A stretch of 64,000 nt of DNA from positions 1-64,000 of IMG/VR virus record IMGVR_UViG_3300002855_000001, one strand, 5' to 3'. The DNA comes from a virus. The translations under genes were made by a program, and so were the position numbers. Position 1 is the first letter of the stretch. Each line of letters opens with the position of its first letter. The notes under the pieces are model-generated. The model saw only the letters and a list, made by a program, of their open reading frames with translations. It was not told the DNA's origin and made no database searches. Below, one piece after another: positions 52,934-61,910 of the stretch.

Positions 52934-53821
52934 GTGATGCCAGTGTCAAAAGAAACGAAATCTTATAAGGTAAGTTCTGATTTTAAGGCAAAGCTTGAAA
53001 ATTTATTTCTTGAAAGCGGATTTGAAACACAAGAGGCATTTTTGGAGCATGTTGCATTGCTCTACGAAATGCAACAACTAAAGAATGGGATGGCATCAGG
53101 ATACCACAAGCAATTAGATGAATTAGAGTATCATTCAAAAAGAAATGTAGAATTGTTCTTAGGAATGATACAAACAGAAGCAGCTACGCATATGCAAATG
53201 ACACAACAGTACGAGGAGACAATTAATCAACGTGCTGAAACAATCATAACACAAGAAAGAGAAATAACTAGACTTGAAAAAGAGTTGTCGCAAGTACTAG
53301 AGAAGGTGGAACAAATCAACAAGGAAAACGAATCATTAAATAAACAGATTGAGCAACAACAGGAAATTTCTAAAAAAGACAATCTACTTGTTGATGAATA
53401 TAGAGCAAAATTGGATACGTTAACTGGATTAGTTAACGAATATAAAGAGGCGGCTAGTGAAAATAAAGAATTAAAATCAAAGCTTAATGAGATCGATATG
53501 ATTCAAAAAGAACTCACTAAAGAAATTGATGAGTTGAATTCTAAATTAGTAGAAAAAGATATCACACTAAAGACTCACATTGATGACATGGAGTCTAAAA
53601 TGAAACAAGATCAAGAAAGACTCTCAGAAAGAAAAGATATCGAAAAAGAAAGAGAGTTACTGAAACTCCGCACCGAATACCAAGAAAAGTTAGAACAAAG
53701 CCAAACTGAGGCAACAGCCAAGATACGTGAGCTTTATGAGCAAATAGAAAAACTGCGACAGCAGCATGAAAATGAAATAGAGTTACTGAAACAGAATATG
53801 AACAAAAGAGAAGAGAAGTGA
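52934..53821 (+). CDS. RHH-like N-terminus + about 250-aa coiled coil (KfrA-like architecture)
   Basis: KSYKVSSDFKAKLENLFLESGFETQEAFLEHVALLYEM fits strand-helix-helix. The rest is Glu/Lys/Gln heptad-rich. The start is ambiguous (GTG 52934, ATG 52937 or GTG 52943). Confidence 0.4.
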   Translation: MMPVSKETKSYKVSSDFKAKLENLFLESGFETQEAFLEHVALLYEMQQLKNGMASGYHKQLDELEYHSKRNVELFLGMIQTEAATHMQMTQQYEETINQRAETIITQEREITRLEKELSQVLEKVEQINKENESLNKQIEQQQEISKKDNLLVDEYRAKLDTLTGLVNEYKEAASENKELKSKLNEIDMIQKELTKEIDELNSKLVEKDITLKTHIDDMESKMKQDQERLSERKDIEKERELLKLRTEYQEKLEQSQTEATAKIRELYEQIEKLRQQHENEIELLKQNMNKREEK

Positions 53822-54001
53822 TGAAAATTCACATCTTTTTTTGATATGGAGGCAGTAAGTTCATCATTGAGTATTATACTATTAAAAACAATATATAAGT
53901 AAACCAATAGGAATAGTGGGACATATGTACAAAACACGACTTTTATGCAGTAGTGCATTAAAGCGTTAATATAATAAAGTATATGCATATTGATTAATGT
54001 C

Positions 54002-54079
54002 CGTTCAACCCAATGTGGTTGCATAACCTAAAACCCTATGATAAACAAAGGATTTTATGCAACCACTCTGGGTGAAACG
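54002..54079. repeat. long imperfect inverted repeat (25-nt arms, 21 paired) between convergent genes
   Basis: CGTTCAACCCAATGTGGTTGCATAA (54002-54026) pairs with TTATGCAACCACTCTGGGTGAAACG (54055-54079). TTATGCA/TGCAT motifs also occur at 53943-53949, 53954-53958 and 53983-53989. Confidence 0.6.
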
Positions 54080-54087
54080 TACAATTA

Positions 54088-54119
54088 ATAAAAAAGACCA
54101 AGGTAAAACCTCAGTCTTT
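54088..54119 (-). terminator. terminator for the recU-like gene
   Basis: On the minus strand: AAAGAC..AGGT / ACCT..GTCTTT hairpin overlapping the stop codon, followed by TTTTTATT. Confidence 0.5.
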
Positions 54120-54773
54120 ATTACTATTAACGTAATCATGGAGATAGCTAATAACTTCTTTAGTCTGCTTTACTTTATCAGTGTTCCAGTTATGATTGAG
54201 CATATAGTATTCAGACGTTAATTGAATAAAAGAGTTAATATTATATGTATAATTTGTTCTCAATTTTTTCATTGGTATGGAGATTCCTATACACTTAGCA
54301 TCAGAACGAGAGATGCTTCTTTTACCGCAGTTTTGGGCAAATCGTATAAAATCATTAATTTCAATAAAGAATAGTTCGTTTGAGAACGTCTCCCTGCTTT
54401 TTGCTTCTTCTCTGTAGTTAAGTAGTAAGCCAGCAATATTGCCATCAGATGTTGATGCCTCTAGTAATCCGCTAACTTGATGTGGTTTAATATCAAAAGT
54501 CTTACCCTTTTCCTTTACTGTTGGTGTAGAACCATTAAAACTTAACGCTCTGCCATTTGAGCTTTTTAGTTCCAGTGACCAAACAAAAGGAAAACTCTGC
54601 ATAAGTACATCAAACTTGTTCTCTGGTGTAAACCTAGTCGCTAAATTAGACTTATCACCAGAGTTGAATTTATTTGAATCAATTAATCTCAATAGATATG
54701 TATCATACTTGGCGCAGCTATTCTTCCATTGTTCTTCAAGTTTTTTGCCTTCGTTTTTACTCAATTGTCTCAC
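54111..54773 (-). CDS. recU: RecU-like Holliday-junction resolvase (PD-(D/E)XK)
   Basis: KFDVLMQSFPFVWSLELKSS (D...E-x-K), HQVSGLLEA, GLLLNY and RSISRSD parallel B. subtilis RecU (DYNGIY...IDFEAKET, HQIEHM, GRKSIRK). Confidence 0.55.
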   Translation of the reverse strand: MRQLSKNEGKKLEEQWKNSCAKYDTYLLRLIDSNKFNSGDKSNLATRFTPENKFDVLMQSFPFVWSLELKSSNGRALSFNGSTPTVKEKGKTFDIKPHQVSGLLEASTSDGNIAGLLLNYREEAKSRETFSNELFFIEINDFIRFAQNCGKRSISRSDAKCIGISIPMKKLRTNYTYNINSFIQLTSEYYMLNHNWNTDKVKQTKEVISYLHDYVNSNKD

Positions 54774-54999
54774 CTGCGTATTGTGTTACACGGTGAAGAT
54801 TGTAATATTCTATTAGTACTTGTTTATCATCTAGTAAAATAACTCCTTCAGGCGTTTCCAAGTAAGAGTCGCCATCTCTAATAGGTTTACCAGTAGACTG
54901 ACAATAAGCAACAACCTTTTTAGAGTAATCATATTTTTGTTTAGATTTATAGTTTTCGCCTGTAACACCAAAATCTATATTATTGTTACTATTCATCAT
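54757..54999 (-). CDS. hypothetical protein
   Basis: 80 aa. Its 3' end overlaps the recU-like start by 17 nt. Same strand as the module. Confidence 0.55.
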   Translation of the reverse strand: MMNSNNNIDFGVTGENYKSKQKYDYSKKVVAYCQSTGKPIRDGDSYLETPEGVILLDDKQVLIEYYNLHRVTQYAGETIE

Positions 55000-55018
55000 G
55001 TTCTCCCTCTTCTCATGT

Positions 55019-55270
55019 TTATAGACTATTTAGCTTACCGAATCCTTCTAAAGAAATTGATGAACCAGTGTGTCCGAACAAGCTTCTAAGCATTGTTCCT
55101 GTGGTATCTTGTTTCTTCTTAATAGGTGTAAAAGAAATTTGCACAATATCTTCTTTTTTTACCTTGTAATCTTTAATATGTTTTTCCAATGATTTTTCAG
55201 AACGAAACTTCATAATGTATGTATCTTCAACTCCATCAACATAAAACTCCATGTAAATATTATTGTCCAT
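55019..55270 (-). CDS. hypothetical protein
   Basis: 83 aa. SD GGGAGA immediately after the dnaE stop. Confidence 0.6.
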   Translation of the reverse strand: MDNNIYMEFYVDGVEDTYIMKFRSEKSLEKHIKDYKVKKEDIVQISFTPIKKKQDTTGTMLRSLFGHTGSSISLEGFGKLNSL

Positions 55271-55284
55271 TTTTATATTCTCCC

Positions 55285-58200
55285 TTATATTTTTATTCTT
55301 TCATCTAACACAGTTAACTGTCCATCATCTGATACATTTGTAATAAGCATTGTTGTGTGCTGCGAGAAAGAGTCATTGTATTTTTGTGGTCTGAACTGCG
55401 ATCCTCTACGGAAGCCTTGAATGTATAATTTGTTACCACGAGTAAACCAACTCTTCTCTAGAGTCTCTTTTGTTCCATCAGGTCTAATTCTTGAAATGTT
55501 TTTATTGCAGTGTGCAAAGGCTCCATCATAATACTTAACAATAACAACACCTTCAGGAGTTAAGAGTGTAACAGTATGCTTATTCTTATCCTTGTGAATT
55601 ACTGTCCCAACAATTCCATATAGTTTGTACTTAGGTCTGGTATTATTGTTTCTATAAATCATGTATTGCTCAACTATAGGTTCTTCAGGCATTTCATTGT
55701 AACTGGATATTTTGTATTTTTCCTTGTTGACATTGGCAAGCTCGTGTTCATTGTAGTAGAAGCACAATGAGTCCATTTCCCATTTACTTATTGAACCTGA
55801 AGCATGTTTCTGCCATAATTCATCAAACAATTTATTATTATATAAAATCAATGTTTCATTGGCTGAAATGTAGCTTTTTATAGGTTCTAGAAGTTTTTTA
55901 TAGGCTTTTTCAAAGTATTTTTCCTCGAATTTAATAGAGTTTTGATCATAAGTGTGCTCTACTTCTGAAAAATGGGTTAAGAAATAATTCTTAGGGTGCT
56001 CATCTGTTAGTTGGTACACCTTCTTTTTACCATTAACACTTGAAATGACACATTGCTCATTAAGATACTTTCTAAAGTTTGTGTGCCGCTTAATTTGATC
56101 GTATTCACTTGGAATTAAGTCTGCTTTACATAAACCATCAAAGTTACGCATGTTCAATTCTTTTTTAGGCTCATGCAATAGATTTAGAAACTGTGTCATT
56201 ATCTCCACTCTGTCTCCAAACTCATCAAATGAACCTGCTTTGATTAATTGAACCATCTGAGAATTTTTAAGTAGTGGTTTATTTGGATTATCGACATCTT
56301 TGATATAGTTCTTATTTAGAAAGTCCTCGAATGAAGTATAAGGTCTGTTTTCAATAACAAGTCTAGCTGCATCATCTCCTATGCCAATCATACCTTTTAG
56401 ACCAAATACAATTTGTTGGTTTTTTACATCTGGCTTAAATCCGAAATCAGCATTGTTGATATTAGGCAAAGACACATTTACTCCATGAGATCGAATTGTT
56501 CCAATCGCATATGCTACTTTTCCATAGTCAGTAGATTTTCCTTTACTCTTAACTGTGGAATCAGGTTCGAATTCCTCATTGTCGGAAGTTAAGACTTCAA
56601 ACTCGTCCTCGTCATTGCTTGCTGCGTTAACCGATAACACTGACGTATTCCAGTATATTGGGTCATAGTTCAGGTAAAGTTGAATCCCTTGTAGCGCTTC
56701 GATTGTATATCCAATATTGTGTAAGTCAGAAAATGAGTAGCCTAGTTGTCTTCTAATTTGGACGTTCCAAGTGTAATTTAATACATTTTCACTTGTTCCA
56801 TTCTCTAGACCTTTTTTATAAAAATTACGTCTAACCTCTTCAATAACTTTAGCTTTCTTTTTAGCTATGCCTTTTCTTAGGCCGTTGGCATCTTTTACTG
56901 AGAAATTTGCAATCTTTTCATCCATAGCTAATAACATTGCTGATTCTTGAGAGTCAGCCACACCATATTTGTGTTTCAAATGCTTCTCAAAAACTTGAAT
57001 CTCTTCTTCAGTAAGTCCGAAATCTCTCATTTCTTTATACCAAAGGGAGATATCTTTACGGAATCTAGCATATGCATCCGAAGGTTGCTCATCCCCTTGT
57101 TCTGCCATTAACCGCATGAGAGAGTTTGCTACGGACATTTCAGCGACAGATCGAGGTTTAACTTTTTTTATGGTTTCCATGCCCACTTGCGTATTAAATT
57201 GAAATAGATCAATCATTTCACTGTTAGTAGCAACCTCCCACACCCTTTCGTTCGTCAAATCCAATGTATCTGGTCGTAGGTAGTGGTAGTATGTTTCTTT
57301 CAGAGAGCCTTTGTATTCCATAAGTTTGTCTTTTAGTAGGAAGTCAATTGTAGTACGTTTTTTGTCTAGGAACTCAACCGTGAGCATGTCGTATTTCTGG
57401 CCACCCATGTAGTCACTATCTTCCATAGAAAATTGAGTAGTCCATTGACCTTTTGGTGATGTCATCATAGCGTTGTAATCAGTGAAATCTTCATTGAAAA
57501 CATACACACCACTTGCATGAATGCCTCTGCCTGAGACCAAATTTTCAATCTTCAACACTGTTTCTCTTAAGCGTGGGTACTTGTCAATCTCAGTAATGAA
57601 TTCCTGAATTGGTTTTCTGTCTTTTTCTTCGTTTCCATATAGGCAGTCACCTATAGACCAAGTTTCACCACGTTCGAAAGGGATTAACTGAGACAAATGT
57701 TGTGCAACGTCTATATCAATTTTCAATCCTCTGCAACTTGTATGTATAGCACTTCTAGACTTCTCTGTTTTGAATGTACAGATATTTAAGACTTGACGAT
57801 ATCCAAACATATTTTTTAATCCCTGTAAAATGCGTTGTCTCTTGGCTGCCTCGGTGTCTATGTCGATATCTGGCATCTCTGGTCTGGATTTGTGCAAGTG
57901 CCTCCAGTGAGGTAAATTATAATCCATAGGATTTACTTGGATAATATCGAGTAAATAGTTTATATAGAATCCCACAGCAGAACCTCTGCCAGCTCCAACA
58001 ATGCTATTTCCTCCGCATTCATCATCCCAAATCATCAGAATTATTTCACGCATTGTAACGTAATAAGCAGGTACACGATCATTAACTGTTTCAGATATGT
58101 GCCATAATTCTTCAAACTCTACATTTATACGTGCCAATATTTCATGAAACTTTTCCTTCGAAAGTGTGTTTCTCGGAACTTTTTCAATAAAGCCGTCTTC

Positions 58201-59343
58201 AACAAGTTTTAATAAGTATCTATCTTGTTCGTACTCAGAATAGGCAAGTTTCTCAATATAAGAGTACTGATCATACGCTCTCCCAAATAAATGACGTAGC
58301 TCAAACTTAGGTAGTTTTATTTTGGGTACAGATATGTCCCTTTTTAGATCGTAATCCTCTACCATGTCTCTCAATAGCAACGTATTGTTAATGGATTCAA
58401 TTACAACTTCTCTATCCAAATTTCCATTGTAAGTCATACGTTCCATAATCTCGTCAGTTGTTTGTAAGAAACAAGCTTCATAAAATGATTCTGTTTCTCT
58501 ATCTTCGTCTTTAGAGTTTAGAAACGCTTTGTGAATTTGCAAGTCTTCGGGTCTGAGAAAGTGCGCATCAGTGGTAATGATTGTTTTTAATTCGTAAGCC
58601 TTAGCTAATTCCACTGCTTTCTTATTGAAAATTAACTGTTCCTGTGAGAATGCTGGCTGCAACTCAATGAAAAAGTTGTCTTTAAGAAAAGTATTTATAC
58701 ACCAATTTATAAAATTATGAATTTCTCTTTTTATTTTTATAATGTTAATTTCATCGTTGTTTTCTTCGTATTGATATAACTCTAAACATTTGATTGCTAA
58801 CTCAGAGCCAAGACAAGCTGTTGACGCTATTAAATGGCCTTTATTATCTCCAATAATTTCTTCGACTTCTTTCTTGCTGATTGGTACACGCTCCATTAGT
58901 CCAGTAACAAAACGATTTTCCCATGCCTTGGATGATAGTTTTCTTAATAAGGCGTGTCCTTCAGGGTTTTTAGCAAGTAATAGGAAATGAGGAAATTTTG
59001 TAATTTTACTTTTGTAATTGTCCCTTACTTCGTCTACCGAGTCTACCAAGTAAATTTCATTGCCTAGGATTAACTTGAAGTCTTTTGGTAACTCGCCATT
59101 TAATTTCATTTCGCTTGCAGTTTTCAGTGTTTGAACATGCGCAGATAAGCATTCGTGATCAGTAATAGCTATTCCAGAATATTTTAATTGACCAGCAGTT
59201 TTTAATAAGTCCTTAATTTTGTTAATGGAGTCTATCAATCTTCCGTTGCTGAACTCGGTATGCAAATGCCCATTGATGAAACCCTTAATACAAGAACAGT
59301 TCTCACTATGTAAATCTGAATTCAAACTTCCCACCTCTTTCAT
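55285..59343 (-). CDS. dnaE: DNA polymerase III alpha subunit (DnaE-type)
   Basis: PHP domain GHLHTEFSNG, ITDHECLSAHV, TTDAHF. Polymerase core GRGSAVGFYINYLLDIIQVNP...PDIDIDTE. 1352 aa. An in-frame SD GAGGTGG after the first ATG allows an alternative TTG start 18 nt downstream. Confidence 0.9.
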   Translation of the reverse strand: MKEVGSLNSDLHSENCSCIKGFINGHLHTEFSNGRLIDSINKIKDLLKTAGQLKYSGIAITDHECLSAHVQTLKTASEMKLNGELPKDFKLILGNEIYLVDSVDEVRDNYKSKITKFPHFLLLAKNPEGHALLRKLSSKAWENRFVTGLMERVPISKKEVEEIIGDNKGHLIASTACLGSELAIKCLELYQYEENNDEINIIKIKREIHNFINWCINTFLKDNFFIELQPAFSQEQLIFNKKAVELAKAYELKTIITTDAHFLRPEDLQIHKAFLNSKDEDRETESFYEACFLQTTDEIMERMTYNGNLDREVVIESINNTLLLRDMVEDYDLKRDISVPKIKLPKFELRHLFGRAYDQYSYIEKLAYSEYEQDRYLLKLVEDGFIEKVPRNTLSKEKFHEILARINVEFEELWHISETVNDRVPAYYVTMREIILMIWDDECGGNSIVGAGRGSAVGFYINYLLDIIQVNPMDYNLPHWRHLHKSRPEMPDIDIDTEAAKRQRILQGLKNMFGYRQVLNICTFKTEKSRSAIHTSCRGLKIDIDVAQHLSQLIPFERGETWSIGDCLYGNEEKDRKPIQEFITEIDKYPRLRETVLKIENLVSGRGIHASGVYVFNEDFTDYNAMMTSPKGQWTTQFSMEDSDYMGGQKYDMLTVEFLDKKRTTIDFLLKDKLMEYKGSLKETYYHYLRPDTLDLTNERVWEVATNSEMIDLFQFNTQVGMETIKKVKPRSVAEMSVANSLMRLMAEQGDEQPSDAYARFRKDISLWYKEMRDFGLTEEEIQVFEKHLKHKYGVADSQESAMLLAMDEKIANFSVKDANGLRKGIAKKKAKVIEEVRRNFYKKGLENGTSENVLNYTWNVQIRRQLGYSFSDLHNIGYTIEALQGIQLYLNYDPIYWNTSVLSVNAASNDEDEFEVLTSDNEEFEPDSTVKSKGKSTDYGKVAYAIGTIRSHGVNVSLPNINNADFGFKPDVKNQQIVFGLKGMIGIGDDAARLVIENRPYTSFEDFLNKNYIKDVDNPNKPLLKNSQMVQLIKAGSFDEFGDRVEIMTQFLNLLHEPKKELNMRNFDGLCKADLIPSEYDQIKRHTNFRKYLNEQCVISSVNGKKKVYQLTDEHPKNYFLTHFSEVEHTYDQNSIKFEEKYFEKAYKKLLEPIKSYISANETLILYNNKLFDELWQKHASGSISKWEMDSLCFYYNEHELANVNKEKYKISSYNEMPEEPIVEQYMIYRNNNTRPKYKLYGIVGTVIHKDKNKHTVTLLTPEGVVIVKYYDGAFAHCNKNISRIRPDGTKETLEKSWFTRGNKLYIQGFRRGSQFRPQKYNDSFSQHTTMLITNVSDDGQLTVLDERIKI

Positions 59344-60008
59344 CAGTAATGCAGCAGTGATAACATCCTTGTATCATTTTCATAATATTTTCTTAGTTTA
59401 TGTATTGTTCTTTTGAAAACTGCATCGACAGCTTGACGAGTTTTATTTTGCTCTAAAGCAATGGTACATCTTGATTTGTTATTATAGTAATAATCCATGA
59501 TAACTTCATATTGACTCTCTTTTAAGAAGCCAACTTGATATAATCGCTTGATCTCAGAAGTAATAAATTGATAATCAGTTTTCTTTTCAAACTCATCATA
59601 TTCAGAATTCTCTAATTGAGTCAGAAAGTTCATAATATCATCAGCGAACGAAGATTCATCATTGCTCATCTCTCTTTTGTGACCATCCAGCCTCAGAATT
59701 GCAAATTTTGAATCATCTCTAAATATTGCTTTATTGTCTCTTATTAAGTTGTAGAACATATATGTTACCGATCTTCCAAGAAACGTGGAAAATTTGCAAT
59801 CGATGTCACTATTGTAGCTTTCAACACATAAATACCATTGAACGTTTGCTTCAGCTAGTAAATCATTAAATTCCCATTTACGCAGCGACTTGCTGAACTG
59901 ATTACAAATGAGTTTTAATAGTTTAACTGTTTGTTCATAAAGTGTATTTAAATGGAAATTGTTGTTTGTTTCTTTATACAATTTAATTAATTCTTCATTA
60001 GTAGACAT
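59343..60008 (-). CDS. sigma-70-family sigma factor (phage-encoded)
   Basis: Region 2-like FSTFLGRSVTYMFYNLIRDN. Region 4 HTH RCTIALEQNKTRQAVDAVFKRTIHKLRKYY. Its stop overlaps the dnaE start (TGATG). Confidence 0.6.
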   Translation of the reverse strand: MSTNEELIKLYKETNNNFHLNTLYEQTVKLLKLICNQFSKSLRKWEFNDLLAEANVQWYLCVESYNSDIDCKFSTFLGRSVTYMFYNLIRDNKAIFRDDSKFAILRLDGHKREMSNDESSFADDIMNFLTQLENSEYDEFEKKTDYQFITSEIKRLYQVGFLKESQYEVIMDYYYNNKSRCTIALEQNKTRQAVDAVFKRTIHKLRKYYENDTRMLSLLHY

Positions 60009-60032
60009 AACTATTTTTATGTTGTCCTTTCT

Positions 60033-60371
60033 TTAGTTGAATGTGAATTCTTGAAAATTGCAACAATCTATTTCTGGATTCATGATTTTAATAAAATGAT
60101 CTACTATTTTGTTCAATATGTCGTGGCCAATGAATGAGTGAAGGCTTAGTAAAATATTGTCTTGTTTTGGATGAATGCTTACAGTAAAGCAAGCTTGTTC
60201 ACTCATGTAATTGTAAGCATATGATTGCTCCACCTCACCTGAGAAAATGAGATTGTTGCTACTTATATTTGCACAAGATGCACTCATTAAGCATGTGCGC
60301 TCGATAAATTTTCTATTTATTAATATTCCAGTTTCAATTCCTTTTAAAGATACTGACTGTACAAAAAGCAT
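60033..60371 (-). CDS. hypothetical protein
   Basis: 112 aa, SD AAAGGGGAA, same strand as the module. Confidence 0.6.
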   Translation of the reverse strand: MLFVQSVSLKGIETGILINRKFIERTCLMSASCANISSNNLIFSGEVEQSYAYNYMSEQACFTVSIHPKQDNILLSLHSFIGHDILNKIVDHFIKIMNPEIDCCNFQEFTFN

Positions 60372-60403
60372 ACGAATGTAATTCCCCTTTATTTAAGTTT
60401 TGA

Positions 60404-60646
60404 CTATACTGTTTTTGCAACCTGTGGCTGTAAGCTTATTAATAAAGATTTAAAGTTTTCTGTAACATCTTCACCCTTCTCATAAAAACGAAAAGGATAA
60501 TTCTGTACTTGTAATCTATATGTATAATTATGATTTACTTCAGATGATTGCCTAGCCACCTCACGAGCTAAACGGTAGTTACGTGATGAATGTACTAGCT
60601 CCTCGTCACCAGTTAAATCATAGCGATAGACAGAACATTGCGTCAT
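60404..60646 (-). CDS. hypothetical protein
   Basis: 80 aa, SD AAAGGAG. Confidence 0.6.
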   Translation of the reverse strand: MTQCSVYRYDLTGDEELVHSSRNYRLAREVARQSSEVNHNYTYRLQVQNYPFRFYEKGEDVTENFKSLLISLQPQVAKTV

Positions 60647-60694
60647 ATTTATGTACTCCTTTTATATTGTATATTTTATAATTACCGTTTCAAC

Positions 60695-61309
60695 TTATAG
60701 TATGTATTCACCAATTGAATTTAAGCCCTTAATCGTTTTCACCTTTGACCTTTCAATTTCTTTCAATTCGCTTTCGTAGGCCATTCTAGTTAAATGAATA
60801 GCAGTCATTCTAGCTTCGCAACTAAGTTTGACTGACTTGGATTTCGTCTTATGGATTCGGAGTTGTAATTGAGCATGTTCGACAGCACTATGTAAATTAA
60901 ATTCTTCTATTCTCTTTTTGAGTGCGTTGAAACTTCGATCAAGCTTGCGAATCTCAGTCGAATATAAATCTTTAACTTTGCTGCTAAATTGTTTTTGCTG
61001 CTCATTTACTTCAACCAATTTAGCTGATCTTTCATCTGTTGTGTAAATGGTCTTTAGAGTTCTCAGGTCTAAATCGAGATAAAGTAAAAAACCGTTATTC
61101 ATGAAACAGTGTGCATACTTTCCTTCTTCATCAGAAGTTATTCCGCAGTAACTACCACCTACAATTGCATCTACACTATACTTCCTAGCATCTTTTGCAT
61201 CTGGCAATCTTTCTTTAAACCGCTTTAGGTAATGATTGCTCAATGTAATTTCATTTGTTTTAATATCTGGACGTTTAATAATATCGCTGTTCATATTTTC
61301 AACCTCCAC
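60695..61309 (-). CDS. hypothetical protein with C-terminal coiled coil
   Basis: 204 aa, SD GTGGAGG, preceded by a sigma-A-like promoter. Confidence 0.65.
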   Translation of the reverse strand: MEVENMNSDIIKRPDIKTNEITLSNHYLKRFKERLPDAKDARKYSVDAIVGGSYCGITSDEEGKYAHCFMNNGFLLYLDLDLRTLKTIYTTDERSAKLVEVNEQQKQFSSKVKDLYSTEIRKLDRSFNALKKRIEEFNLHSAVEHAQLQLRIHKTKSKSVKLSCEARMTAIHLTRMAYESELKEIERSKVKTIKGLNSIGEYIL

Positions 61310-61330
61310 TTTTTTATATAATATATTCTA

Positions 61331-61367
61331 TAAGAAAATAAGGACAAGCTCATTTGCCTATCCTTAT
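61331..61367 (-). terminator. terminator after the thyA-dfrA operon
   Basis: On the minus strand: ATAAGGAT...GTCCTTAT hairpin followed by TTTCTTAT. Confidence 0.45.
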
Positions 61368-61394
61368 TCTACTATCGACATACCATTATGTCAA
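61366..61394 (-). promoter_or_regulatory. sigma-A-type promoter overlapping the terminator
   Basis: On the minus strand: -35 TTGACA (61389-61394), 17-nt spacer, -10 TAGAAT (61366-61371). Confidence 0.5.
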
Positions 61395-61415
61395 TGTTTT
61401 TTTATATTATATATT

Positions 61416-61910
61416 TTATTTTTGATAGATTCTAAATGTTAAGTTTACATCAGCTTTATCATCATATGTAGTTTTACTGTATGTCTCTTTAAGTTTTAAG
61501 TTTCTATGAGTGCTAAAGTAAGCATCACATTTGTATTGAGCATCAACTTCAGTCACATAAAAACGTGAGACATAAGGTAGAAATAGATTGTATACTTGTG
61601 CTCCTCCAATAACTACGAGTTCAAATGGTTCACTATAATAAAATTTAATGAGGTGATTAATTGACGTAGCTAAGTAACATTTTTCGAACTGGTTAACTGG
61701 ATAGTTTGGATTTTTTGTTAAGATGATTGAATTTCTACCTTTTAGTGGACTACCAATTGATTCAAATGTATTTCTACCCATCACGACTGTTTTACCAAGA
61801 GTATGTTCACGAAACCATCGCATATCTTCAGCAAAAGGCTTTCCCCAAGGTAGCTGATTATTAAGGCCGATTCCACTATTTTTATCGTGAGCTACTACTA
61901 ACGAGATCAA
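61416..61910 (-). CDS. dfrA: dihydrofolate reductase
   Basis: ISLVVAHDKNSGIGLNNQLPW, VVMGRNTFESIGSPLKGRNSIILT and LVVIGGAQVY are canonical DHFR motifs. The TTG start overlaps the thyA stop (TTGA). Confidence 0.85.
   Translation of the reverse strand: MISLVVAHDKNSGIGLNNQLPWGKPFAEDMRWFREHTLGKTVVMGRNTFESIGSPLKGRNSIILTKNPNYPVNQFEKCYLATSINHLIKFYYSEPFELVVIGGAQVYNLFLPYVSRFYVTEVDAQYKCDAYFSTHRNLKLKETYSKTTYDDKADVNLTFRIYQK

Noticed and set aside
53734-54024. 96-aa minus-strand ORF from the track
   Set aside because: It overlaps the 3' end of 52934-53821 and runs through the non-coding inverted-repeat region. It has a hydrophobic low-complexity composition and no SD.
53943-54061. TTATGCA repeats as DnaA boxes
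   Set aside because: The motif does not match the DnaA box consensus TTATCCACA beyond the first four bases, so I make no origin claim on that basis.
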